Part shown: one piece after another, positions 35,571 through 44,151 of the stretch
Position numbering within the stretch: the stretch's first letter is position 1
Layout of the letters: each line of letters starts with the position of its first letter
NCBI GenBank assembly: GCA_038230095.1
Contig: JBBRNT010000001.1
Location: forward strand, 112,848-176,847
Length of the DNA stretch: 64,000 bases
Direction of reading: 5' to 3'
Source: Candidatus Saccharimonadia bacterium
GTDB taxonomy: Bacteria > Patescibacteriota > Saccharimonadia > UBA4664 > JBBRNT01
Translations under genes and position numbers: made by a program
Notes under the pieces: model-generated
The model's database searches: none
What the model was told of the DNA's origin: nothing
The model's input: only the letters and a program-made list of their open reading frames with translations

Positions 35571-36200
35571 ATGCGTATAACCGACATTAAGCGCCAGAAC
35601 CGTGATGGCTACTACTCAGTCTTTTTGGACGATGAGTTTAGATTCTCCCTCACGGATCTGGCGCTGTCGAGTGGAGGCTTGCGAGTAGGGCGAGAGCTAA
35701 CCGAAGCGGACGTAGAAGCATGGCGCAAACAGTCTGGCGAGAGCAAGGCGCTCGGTTATGGCTACCGCTATCTGGCAAGCCGAGCTCGATCGGCGAGTGA
35801 GCTTGGGAGCTACCTCCGACGCAAGGGGTTTGAGCCGACGGAGATTGAGTACGTGACCAAACGGCTTATGGAGGAACGCTTAATCAGTGATGAGCAGTTC
35901 GCTAAGGACTGGGTAGATATGCGCCAACGCACGAGTCCACGTAGTAAGCAGCGGCTGACTGCTGAGCTACGAAAGAAGGGCTTATCGACAGAGAACATTG
36001 ACGAAGCCTTGGTCGTGGTAGCCGGCGACCAGATTATAACCATCGCCCGGATAGTTGAGAACAAGCGGCTGCGTGATAAATACAAAAACGAGCCATCTAA
36101 GCTGGTGGCTTATCTGGCCCGTCAAGGGTTTGGCTATAGCGATATTACAAATGCGATCAATTTACTAAATATTGGCGACCCGGACGAGATGGAACAGTAG
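35571..36200 (+). CDS. recX: RecX regulator
   Basis: Follows recA; YL..R.RS..EL..YL.RKG, D.QFA..W, EL.KKG, YL.RQGF. Confidence 0.88.
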   Translation: MRITDIKRQNRDGYYSVFLDDEFRFSLTDLALSSGGLRVGRELTEADVEAWRKQSGESKALGYGYRYLASRARSASELGSYLRRKGFEPTEIEYVTKRLMEERLISDEQFAKDWVDMRQRTSPRSKQRLTAELRKKGLSTENIDEALVVVAGDQIITIARIVENKRLRDKYKNEPSKLVAYLARQGFGYSDITNAINLLNIGDPDEMEQ

Positions 36201-36285
36201 ACCCGCAGCCGCAACCCACAAAATTACAATTATCAACGCACCCTCCATTTCATCTATCTTACAGCCGTTACCTGGTAAGAACAAG

Positions 36286-36819
36286 CTATTCTATGGGCAT
36301 GGTTGCACCAACACCGGCCCGCTTTGACTCTCTGATTGTGGCCTCGCGAACGGTGATTCGGTCGTTGGTAACATCCACAATTTGCTCGCGGTCTATCAGC
36401 AGGGTGTCCGACATGAGCCGTCGCAAGAGCTGCGGCTGGATAGTAAGCCTCTGTACCCGGCTGGTCTCGAAATTGATCGTAAAGTCTTCAACCTTGCCCA
36501 AGTAGCTCCCCCCTTCAGTGAACACCTTTGTGTCTACTAGTCGAAAGCCACTTGCTACAATCTGTTTGATACGCACAATATCCTCTAGACTGGCCAGCGC
36601 ATCCGCGCTGTCTACCAAAATGCAATCATTTCCTATCTCTCTAGCATCGCGAAGAAAGAGAATGGGGTCTACTAGGTCCAGGTCGGGGGCAAAACACCGA
36701 AAAGCTACTAGCTCTAGCTTATCGGCAGTAACCACAAAGTCGCCAACGATGGCTACGAGGCCGCCGACTTGGAGGCTTATCACCGCTTTACTCACTAGCT
36801 GGCTCGCAAATACATACAT
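36286..36819 (-). CDS. Tandem PRC-barrel domain protein
   Basis: V.TE.G.YLGKV.DF.I; start set at ATG 36819, 6 nt after TACAAT. Confidence 0.75.
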   Translation of the reverse strand: MYVFASQLVSKAVISLQVGGLVAIVGDFVVTADKLELVAFRCFAPDLDLVDPILFLRDAREIGNDCILVDSADALASLEDIVRIKQIVASGFRLVDTKVFTEGGSYLGKVEDFTINFETSRVQRLTIQPQLLRRLMSDTLLIDREQIVDVTNDRITVREATIRESKRAGVGATMPIE

Positions 36820-36862
36820 AATGGTATTGTACGTGCCCATCTGGAAACAAGCAATTTTGGGC

Positions 36863-36891
36863 TTGCCAGAGCGGTAAATAACTCGTATAAT
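36863..36891 (+). promoter_or_regulatory. rpsF operon promoter
   Basis: TTGCCA-17 nt-TATAAT. Confidence 0.8.
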
Positions 36892-36980
36892 GCGTCCATT
36901 AACAACTAACCTTTTTCCTCCTCCACGAAATGGGGCAGGATACCCAGCTACAAGCTGGGATGCCAAAGAAAGGCTTATAT

Positions 36981-37343
36981 ATGCGTTCATACGAACTCGT
37001 GGTGCTTTTGCACCCCGATCTAGAGATCGATGTAGATGCACCGATTGGAAAGATTGAAAAGCTGGTTTCTGCCAATGGTGGCAAGCTAACCATGCGCGAT
37101 AATTGGGGTAAGAAGCGCCTAGCGTACCCAATTAAAAAGCAAGACTTTGCAGTCTACGTCTATTTTGAACTAGACCTACCGACCGAGAAAGTCCGCGACA
37201 TTGAAGCAAGCCTGCTTATTACCGAGGAAGTCCTACGACACCTGCTGGTAAGCGCAGTAGCACCTGAAGTAAAAGCCGCCAAGCCTGCCAAGGCTAAAGC
37301 CGCTGATGCAGCAACAACGAAAGAAAAGGGTGAGGATAAATAA
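36981..37343 (+). CDS. rpsF: 30S ribosomal protein S6
   Basis: MRSYEL...LHP, WGKKRLAYPIKK, EEVLRHL. Confidence 0.95.
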   Translation: MRSYELVVLLHPDLEIDVDAPIGKIEKLVSANGGKLTMRDNWGKKRLAYPIKKQDFAVYVYFELDLPTEKVRDIEASLLITEEVLRHLLVSAVAPEVKAAKPAKAKAADAATTKEKGEDK

Positions 37344-37804
37344 TGGCAAAGAGCTTTAATCAAGCGATCGTGATGGGTAACCTAACGCGCGATCCTGAAT
37401 TGCGCTCTACGCCAGGTGGACAGCAGGTAGCTAGCTTCGCAGTAGCTACGAACCGCACTTGGGTGGATGGAAGCGGCGAGAAAAAAGAAGCGGTGGAGTA
37501 CCACGAAATTGTGGCCTGGGGTAAGCTCGGCGAACTAGCCGGCCAGTACCTAGCCAAAGGTCGTAAAGTCATGGTAGTCGGTCGTTTACAGACCCAGTCC
37601 TGGGAAAAAGATGGCGTTAAGCGCTCTCGTACCGAGATTGTGGCTGCGGACATTAACTTCCTGGACCGACCCGGCGAGGCGCCAGCTATGTCCGAATCCG
37701 CTCCTAGTGCCTCTGCCCCGAAGAAGGCTACCAAGTCTGACGATGTCGTTATTGAAGACCTAGATTCGGAAGCGCCGGTTAATCTCGATGACATCCCTTT
37801 CTAG
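37343..37804 (+). CDS. ssb: Single-stranded DNA-binding protein
   Basis: GNLTRDPELR, GRLQT.SW, C-terminal DDIPF. Confidence 0.97.
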   Translation: MAKSFNQAIVMGNLTRDPELRSTPGGQQVASFAVATNRTWVDGSGEKKEAVEYHEIVAWGKLGELAGQYLAKGRKVMVVGRLQTQSWEKDGVKRSRTEIVAADINFLDRPGEAPAMSESAPSASAPKKATKSDDVVIEDLDSEAPVNLDDIPF

Positions 37805-37806
37805 CC

Positions 37807-37926
37807 GCCTGTTCCTTGAGCGCTTCGCGTCGGTATCACTTGTGATTCGCGCTCACCATATTGCTCCATATGCCTCGCTTGCGATTCTCGGTGCTGCCTA
37901 GCGTAGCATCTCAATCAACAGCCCGC
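37807..37926 (+). repeat. ~120-nt imperfect rod hairpin, copy 1
   Basis: CTGTT/AACAG, TTGAG/CTCAA, apical CATAT/ATATG; shares a 32-nt apical motif with copy 2. Confidence 0.75.
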
Positions 37927-37974
37927 ATTCCTGGGCTTTGTTAACAAGAAACCTAATAGGATAATTTAAATATA

Positions 37975-38193
37975 ATGGCAAATTTTTACAGTAAGAAAGT
38001 CTGTCGGTTCTGCGCTGAGCACACCGACTACGTCGACTACAAGGACGTAAAGCTCCTGCAGCGTTACCTGAACAGCTATGGCAAGATTGAGTCACGCAAG
38101 CGTAGTGGCACCTGCCTACGTCACCAGCGTCTAGTTGCTCAGGCCTTGAAGCGGTCTAGGCACATTGCGCTCCTGCCCTTCATGGTCCGCTAA
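37975..38193 (+). CDS. rpsR: 30S ribosomal protein S18 (zinc-binding C+ type)
   Basis: CRFC, DYKD..LL..Y....GKI..R..SG.C..HQR, ALLPF. Confidence 0.96.
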   Translation: MANFYSKKVCRFCAEHTDYVDYKDVKLLQRYLNSYGKIESRKRSGTCLRHQRLVAQALKRSRHIALLPFMVR

Positions 38194-38199
38194 TTACTC

Positions 38200-38317
38200 G
38201 ACTAGCTCCGGTGGGACATTTCGGCGTCATGGCTTGCGGTGCGCGCTTAACGTATTAGCATATACGTCTCGCTTCCGCTCCTCGCCACCCCTAGAACTGC
38301 CCTCACCAGAACTAGTC
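38200..38317 (+). repeat. ~120-nt imperfect rod hairpin, copy 2
   Basis: GACTAG/CTAGTC, GGTG/CACC, TGGC/GCCA, GCGG/CCGC, apical CGTAT/ATACG. Confidence 0.75.
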
Positions 38318-38344
38318 TCGTGTTAATAGAGAAAAGGAAATATT

Positions 38345-38905
38345 ATGTACGGACATACCGATCTCAAAAAAGGCGTATTGGTTGAGCTCGACGGGGCGCC
38401 GCAGCTGGTACTAGAGTCTTCCCACGTGGCTACGGGCCGTGGGAGTGGGGTGATGCGGGTAAAGTTCCGCAACCTATTCACCAACTCCGTGACCGAGAAG
38501 TCCTTCCGTGCGTCGGACAAGCTCCCGCCGGCGGAAGTTGAGCGACTAAACATGCAGTACCTGTACCAGAGTGGCGACGATTTTGCGTTTATGAACGACG
38601 CTACCTACGACCAGGAAACGTTGTCGGCCGAGACAGTGGGGGATGCTGTCAAGTTCCTGACAGAGGGTAGCATTGTCCAGCTCATGCGCTACAATGGCCG
38701 GATCATTAGTCTGGAAATGCCAAACTCGGTGTTCCTCAAGATTACTGAAACTGGCGATGGCGCGAAAGGCGACACGGCAAATGCAGCGTTGAAGCCAGCG
38801 GTATTAGAAACAGGCACGGAGGTAATGGTGCCCATGTTTGTAAAGCAAGGCGACGTCATAAAAGTAGATACCCGGACCGGTGCCTACCTGGAACGGCAGA
38901 AGTAA
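38345..38905 (+). CDS. efp: Elongation factor P
   Basis: DLKKG....DG.P, QYLY..GD...FM...TYDQ, KGDT....KPA.LETG, VP.FV..GD.IKVDTRTG.YLER. Confidence 0.95.
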   Translation: MYGHTDLKKGVLVELDGAPQLVLESSHVATGRGSGVMRVKFRNLFTNSVTEKSFRASDKLPPAEVERLNMQYLYQSGDDFAFMNDATYDQETLSAETVGDAVKFLTEGSIVQLMRYNGRIISLEMPNSVFLKITETGDGAKGDTANAALKPAVLETGTEVMVPMFVKQGDVIKVDTRTGAYLERQK

Positions 38906-38907
38906 CC

Positions 38908-38931
38908 AAAGGCGGCTAAGGCCGCTTTTTT
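38908..38931 (+). terminator. Terminator after efp
   Basis: AAAGGCGGC-TAAG-GCCGCTTTTTT. Confidence 0.8.
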
Positions 38932-38943
38932 GGTAGGAATTAT

Positions 38944-39669
38944 ATGAAGCAAAGACTAGATCTAGTACTGGTAGAGCGCAGTTTGGCGCCAAGTCGCACA
39001 ATTGCTGCCGCCATGATTATGGCGCGCCAAGTGAAGACAGGCGAGCGTATTCTCGATAAGCCCGGGCTCAACATTGATACAGAGCTGGAGCTGACCGTGA
39101 CCGGGCTACCGCGCTACGCGTCGCGAGGCGGTGACAAGCTGGCCTCGGTGGCAGGGGAGCTAGGCTTAGACCCAGCTGGACGGGTAGTGCTAGATGTAGG
39201 CTCATCGACCGGAGGCTTTACCGACTATTGCCTACAGCATGGAGCCACTAAGATCTACTGTGTGGACGCTGGCAGTAACCAACTAGCCTATAAGCTGCGC
39301 GGTGATGAGCGGGTAGTAGTGATGGAACGGACAGACATTCGCGAAGTCGGTGAGCTACCAGAAAAGCCGGATCTAGCTGTCATAGATGTGTCCTTCATCG
39401 CACTGTCTCGGGTGCTGGCTGCGACTGCACAATTAATTAGTTCAGATGCTATCATTTATGCTTTAATGAAGCCACAATTCCAAGCTGGAAAAGACATTGC
39501 CGATAGGTTCAAAGGTATTATTTCGGACGAGAACGTCCGCCAAAACATTATTGCCGACTTTGAGACGCTAGCAGCCGACGACTTTGAGATACTTGGTGCA
39601 GCGGATTCGGCAGTGCACGGAGCCGAAGGGAATAGAGAACGGTTCTACGCGCTGCGCTCGAAGCACTAG
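38944..39669 (+). CDS. tlyA: TlyA-family rRNA 2'-O-methyltransferase
   Basis: RLD..LV, Y.SRGG.KL, LDVGSSTGGFTD, DVSFI.L, KPQF, G..GN.E. Confidence 0.92.
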   Translation: MKQRLDLVLVERSLAPSRTIAAAMIMARQVKTGERILDKPGLNIDTELELTVTGLPRYASRGGDKLASVAGELGLDPAGRVVLDVGSSTGGFTDYCLQHGATKIYCVDAGSNQLAYKLRGDERVVVMERTDIREVGELPEKPDLAVIDVSFIALSRVLAATAQLISSDAIIYALMKPQFQAGKDIADRFKGIISDENVRQNIIADFETLAADDFEILGAADSAVHGAEGNRERFYALRSKH

Positions 39670-40034
39670 ACCTGGTTCTTACCAATCTTACCCAGGTGGG
39701 TGTCCTGGAAGCCTGTGTCGAACTTTAGCCCGTACCCGAGGGCTCGGTCCATAGCTATGTGAGCGGCCCAAATGATAGAAAAGGGGATGAGGCTCGTAAC
39801 CCCGAGCAGAGCGACCAATAGGAGCGCGACGGGAGCGCTATAGTTGTGGCCTAGATTGTATACTACTGCGCCGACTCGAGGGTTTACCAAGTAGCCCAGC
39901 ATAGATACGTCTACCGTGAACAGTAATAGCACGAATACCAGCCAGCTGTAGTGAGCCAGGCCGAATAGCCAGAGAAGGGCGATGAAAATGGCAGTGGACT
40001 CAACGCGCTCAAATAGGGTGGGAAGGTGTTTCAT
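39666..40034 (-). CDS. DUF4260-family membrane protein
   Basis: D.SM.GY....R.GA..YN..H, W.AHI..DR.LGYGLK...GF..THLG. Confidence 0.85.
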   Translation of the reverse strand: MKHLPTLFERVESTAIFIALLWLFGLAHYSWLVFVLLLFTVDVSMLGYLVNPRVGAVVYNLGHNYSAPVALLLVALLGVTSLIPFSIIWAAHIAMDRALGYGLKFDTGFQDTHLGKIGKNQV

Positions 40035-40774
40035 GTGGTTAGCTCAAGAATTGCAGATAACAGCGGGTGGTCGGAAGCACTGCTTTGCTCATGCTGTATG
40101 TCTGTGGCTTGGTAGTGCCCGCTGACGTACATGGCGTCTATAGATACATCTGGCGCGAGGCGCGGGAAAGTAATACCCTTGTAATTCGGCTGCGGGAACT
40201 GAGGGCGGTCGACTTGGTGTATTTCGTGCAGTCCGGCTGCACTTAGGCGCTTACGGGCGGCCATCCAGGGTAGGGAATTGAGATCGCCAAGCACAATAGA
40301 TGGGCCCCTGTCTGCCAGGTGGTCTAGTACATGCTCGGTGGCGCGGTTGCGAGCTAGGGTATCTAGCAGGGGGCGCCAGGGGTAGTGTGCGCCGACTATA
40401 GTGTGCGGGCCCAGCTGGAGTGAGAGCACGCCGAACTTATTGGCTTGGTGACTGAAGGGAACGAAGCTGGCTTTGGCGTGTGGCAGTAGCTCTGGGCTAA
40501 CGGCAAACATCATCCAGTCACCGTCGGTGTAGGGTGATGGTGTGCCGACTACAGAGAGACCACAGGCCTGGGCAAGCCGGAGTAAGTGCTCCACCCGTGT
40601 ACCTTCGCAGACATAGAGGACCACCGGCGTGGCAGCTAGCAGGGCAGCGTTTACGTGGTCAATATGGGCGCTGAGACGGTCGGCTTGGGGCGCGTGCTTT
40701 GGCACCGCGTAGTTGTTCAGCAGGTTCCAAGACAGTAGCTGGAACCGAGTGGTGGGGTTTGGCTTGCTAGACAT
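40031..40774 (-). CDS. Endonuclease/exonuclease/phosphatase-family protein
   Basis: LSWN, CE, LGDLN, IDAMY, ASDHPL motifs; ATG overlaps the end of ychF. Confidence 0.8.
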   Translation of the reverse strand: MSSKPNPTTRFQLLSWNLLNNYAVPKHAPQADRLSAHIDHVNAALLAATPVVLYVCEGTRVEHLLRLAQACGLSVVGTPSPYTDGDWMMFAVSPELLPHAKASFVPFSHQANKFGVLSLQLGPHTIVGAHYPWRPLLDTLARNRATEHVLDHLADRGPSIVLGDLNSLPWMAARKRLSAAGLHEIHQVDRPQFPQPNYKGITFPRLAPDVSIDAMYVSGHYQATDIQHEQSSASDHPLLSAILELTT

Positions 40775-41846
40775 TGAAGCGGAACTCAACTACATCGCCG
40801 TCACGCATGACGTAGTCTTTGCCCTCAAGACGCATCTTACCAGCTGCCTTTGCTGCTGCTTCTGAGCCGGCAGCCATAAGATCCCCGTAATTAACGATTT
40901 GGGCCTTGATAAAGCCTTTTTCGAAGTCTGTATGGATAACGCCGGCAGCCTGGGGAGCAGTGTCACCCTGGTGGATAGTCCAGGCGCGCACCTCATCTGG
41001 TCCGGCGGTGAGGTAGGTCTGCAAGCCGAGCGTCTTAAACCCAAGGGTAACCAGCTGCTCTAGACCTGAGGCGTTCTGACCTAGGTCCTGGAGCAGCTCG
41101 GCAGCGTCGGCTGCTTCCAGTTCTGAGAGCTCGGCCTCTATCTTGGCGCAGAGGAAGACAGTGGGGGCTGGCGATACAAGCGCAGAGAGCTCTGCCTGCT
41201 TCGCTGAATCGGACAGATCACCTTCGTCCATGTTGAAGACAATGATAAATGGCTTGGCGGTGAGTAGCTGCAGATCCTGTAGCTCGAGGAGCTGCTCCGG
41301 CTTCAGGAACGCCCCAGCCAGCTGGCCGCTATCCAGCGCAGATACCAGCGCTTGAAGCAGATCGCGGTAGGGGACGGCCTTGGGATTGCTCTTGGCTTCC
41401 CCCTGAGCTTTGGCTAGGCGATTCTGCGTAGTAGCTAGGTCGGCCAGGATTAGCTCGGTGTTGATTGTCTGGATGTCCGACAGGGGATCTAGCTTGTCGT
41501 CTACGTGAATAACATTTTTATCCGAAAAGACCCGTACAACCTGACAGATGGCATCGGTTTCTCGGATATGAGACAGAAACTTGTTACCAAGACCCTGGCC
41601 TTCTGAGGCGCCACGGACCAGCCCGGCAATGTCGACAAAGGTGACAATAGCGGGGGTGATCTTCTTGGGATCATACAGCTCAGCTAGCTTAGCGAGGCGG
41701 GTGTCGGGCACCGGAACAATACCCACATTGGGGTCAATGGTGGCAAAAGGGTAGTTGGCTGCAAGGACATTATTACCCGAGAGAGCGTTGAAGAGAGTGG
41801 ACTTACCAACGTTTGGTAGGCCAACGATGCCAATAGATAAACTCAT
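40767..41846 (-). CDS. ychF: Redox-regulated ATPase YchF
   Basis: GIVGLPNVGKSTLFN, ANYPFATIDPN, DIAGLV.GAS.G.GLGN.FL, EGKDYV..DGD; start at ATG 41846. Confidence 0.96.
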   Translation of the reverse strand: MSLSIGIVGLPNVGKSTLFNALSGNNVLAANYPFATIDPNVGIVPVPDTRLAKLAELYDPKKITPAIVTFVDIAGLVRGASEGQGLGNKFLSHIRETDAICQVVRVFSDKNVIHVDDKLDPLSDIQTINTELILADLATTQNRLAKAQGEAKSNPKAVPYRDLLQALVSALDSGQLAGAFLKPEQLLELQDLQLLTAKPFIIVFNMDEGDLSDSAKQAELSALVSPAPTVFLCAKIEAELSELEAADAAELLQDLGQNASGLEQLVTLGFKTLGLQTYLTAGPDEVRAWTIHQGDTAPQAAGVIHTDFEKGFIKAQIVNYGDLMAAGSEAAAKAAGKMRLEGKDYVMRDGDVVEFRFNV

Positions 41847-41995
41847 ATGCCTATTATACCAGTAAACACTCGTTTTCGAAGGACGGAAGCACAAGCAAAT
41901 GTCTGCCATTTTAACCTTGTTATGGTTGTAATAATGGCAAAACGGCTGTATAGTCGCCTCAACACCCACCCCCTCGACTCTGGAAAGGAGTCATC

Positions 41996-44107
41996 ATGGA
42001 TGTGCAATTTGAAAATACCAAGTCCTACTCAGCACGGCGAGCACTGATGCTCCTCGTGCCTTTCTTGTTCTCTATCATTGCGATAGGTACGCCGCAAGCG
42101 GCCCACGCGGATGCTGCGCCGACCTCTCGCTATGTGCCGCTGACACCAGCGCGTATCTTGGATACGCGGGATGGTACAGGTACTGGCACGGTTGCGCCGG
42201 TACGGACAGACTCAGCTATAAGCCTGCAAGTGACGGGCCGTGGCGGCGTTCCAGCCAATGCCTCGGCGGTGGTCATGAATGTGACAATCGCCAATCCGAT
42301 TGGCTCTGGTTATGTCACAGTCTGGCCACATGGCGTGTCGCGCCCGGTAGTTTCGAGTGTCAACTATTCGGGCCCTCGAGATGTTCAGGGCAACGAAGTT
42401 ACAGTGTTGCTCGGTAACGATGGTCAAGTCGATCTCTACACCTTGGTCCAATCTGACATGGTGGCAGACGTCATGGGCTACTACGAGCCAATCAGCACAC
42501 CGGTGTCCTCTGGCCGTTTCATGCCACTTACCCCTGCTCGTATCTTGGATACGCGTAATGGTAACGGCGCTCCAGTAGCCAAGTTGCCCCAAGGTGGCAT
42601 GATTACCCTGCAAGTAACTGGCCGCGGTGGCGTTCCGGCCAGTGGTGTTTCGGCGGTGACCTTGAATATAACCGCAACCAATGCTGCCGAAGGCTACGTT
42701 ACGGTTTGGCCGGCAGGTCAGCCAATGCCTACAGCCTCTGTTCTAAACCCAACCGCTCAGCGCACGACGGTCCCTAATAAGGTGACGGTGCCCGTAAGCG
42801 GGGGCGGGCAGATCAACTTGTATACGCTCAATCCGACTGATTTGATTGCCGACGTGAGTGGCTACTACACGGATAGTAGTGCTAGTCCGTCCATGGATGG
42901 CTTATTCGTTGCGTTGACGCCCGCGCGGGTGCTCGATACCCGCAAAGTCAATCCGTTTCTTGCGCCTGGAGCTCAGGGTACAGCGACGCTGCGATTCGGC
43001 GGACTTGGTGGCGTTCCTACTACCAATGTCGCTGCAGTGTTGTTCAACCTGACGGGGACGCAGAGCCAGAGTGCTGGCTTCGTTACCGTCTATCCGGCTG
43101 GCCAGGCTCGGCCCGAAGCCTCGAACTTGAACCTGATAGGGCCTGGGGATACCAAGGCCAACGCGGTAATCGCGCCGGTGAGCTCCGAAAACGCCGGCGT
43201 CACAATGTTTACCATGCCCAATGTGGATCTGGTGGGGGATGTGAGCGGCTACTTCACCGGCAGCGCCACCGCGGTCGGCCCGCCACCAACAGGCTGCGGC
43301 TATACTGCTACCGTTGACAACGGTGGCCAAGGAAGCCAAGCCGAACTGGTATTGCACAACACTACGACCCAGATAGACGCGGTTTTGGTCACTGGCGTGA
43401 CTGCGTACGACTCGCAGCCATGGATTACTTATGACTGCCAGTACATGTGGTATACGACTTTCCCAAATGGGCTGAATACCGAGCCGCTCGAGAAGCTACG
43501 GTTCATTGCTACCGGCCAAGAAGTGGCGCCGCGCGCAGGCCCGGGCTACTCCTACGACTTTGTGGCTCGGGATAACAGCGAGGCCATGTTCTATATAGAG
43601 GGTAATGGTCTGGAGTGGCGGATTACTGAGTCTGCAATTCACTCGAACCCACTGGGCCGTACCATTACCCAAACTGCAAACGGCTTCAACCTGTACGATC
43701 TGACTGTGGGCCGGTATTCGAATGATGTTTGCTATTCGATTACCAAAGGGACGCCGCAAAAGCAATTGGAGTGTCGGGACATTACAACAAGCGTAGTAAC
43801 AACCCAGCTGGCGAGCTCCTCCAGCGACTATCAGGGGGCGCTTAGCCCCGATGGTCGGTATCTGGCATTCCTGCGCAGCAGCAACTCTGGTTCACGAGTA
43901 ATGTTGCTGGATCGCTCTACCAATACCATTTCTGACCCCTTTGGATCAACTTCACAGCACCCCACTTGGGATGCGGCAAGCCGGCTGGTGGCCAGTGTGT
44001 TTGTGAACGGTCAGCTGGACCTGTTTGCGAGAGATATTGCCACGGGCGCGGTGACTCAATTGACGAATACGCCAGCCCTCAACGAGTACCAAACGGTCAT
44101 GCCCTGA
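41996..44107 (+). CDS. Secreted protein with three ~125-aa P.R.LDTR repeats and C-terminal TolB-like beta-propeller
   Basis: Signal peptide ending AHA; repeats PLTPARILDTR..GRGGVP..SAV..NVT..GYVTVWP..D...DVSGY; SPDGRYLAF and HPTW propeller motifs; AAGGAG SD. Confidence 0.85.
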   Translation: MDVQFENTKSYSARRALMLLVPFLFSIIAIGTPQAAHADAAPTSRYVPLTPARILDTRDGTGTGTVAPVRTDSAISLQVTGRGGVPANASAVVMNVTIANPIGSGYVTVWPHGVSRPVVSSVNYSGPRDVQGNEVTVLLGNDGQVDLYTLVQSDMVADVMGYYEPISTPVSSGRFMPLTPARILDTRNGNGAPVAKLPQGGMITLQVTGRGGVPASGVSAVTLNITATNAAEGYVTVWPAGQPMPTASVLNPTAQRTTVPNKVTVPVSGGGQINLYTLNPTDLIADVSGYYTDSSASPSMDGLFVALTPARVLDTRKVNPFLAPGAQGTATLRFGGLGGVPTTNVAAVLFNLTGTQSQSAGFVTVYPAGQARPEASNLNLIGPGDTKANAVIAPVSSENAGVTMFTMPNVDLVGDVSGYFTGSATAVGPPPTGCGYTATVDNGGQGSQAELVLHNTTTQIDAVLVTGVTAYDSQPWITYDCQYMWYTTFPNGLNTEPLEKLRFIATGQEVAPRAGPGYSYDFVARDNSEAMFYIEGNGLEWRITESAIHSNPLGRTITQTANGFNLYDLTVGRYSNDVCYSITKGTPQKQLECRDITTSVVTTQLASSSSDYQGALSPDGRYLAFLRSSNSGSRVMLLDRSTNTISDPFGSTSQHPTWDAASRLVASVFVNGQLDLFARDIATGAVTQLTNTPALNEYQTVMP

Positions 44108-44120
44108 CCAACTTTCGACC

Positions 44121-44151
44121 GTCCCCGGCAGCTACGCTGCCGGGGACTTTT
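44121..44151 (+). terminator. Terminator after the secreted repeat protein
   Basis: GTCCCCGGCAGC-TAC-GCTGCCGGGGAC-TTTT. Confidence 0.8.

Noticed and set aside
42120-43260. Nucleotide repeats suggesting a DGR template/variable repeat pair
   Set aside because: They are in-frame protein domain repeats, differences are not adenine-specific, and there is no reverse transcriptase in the window.
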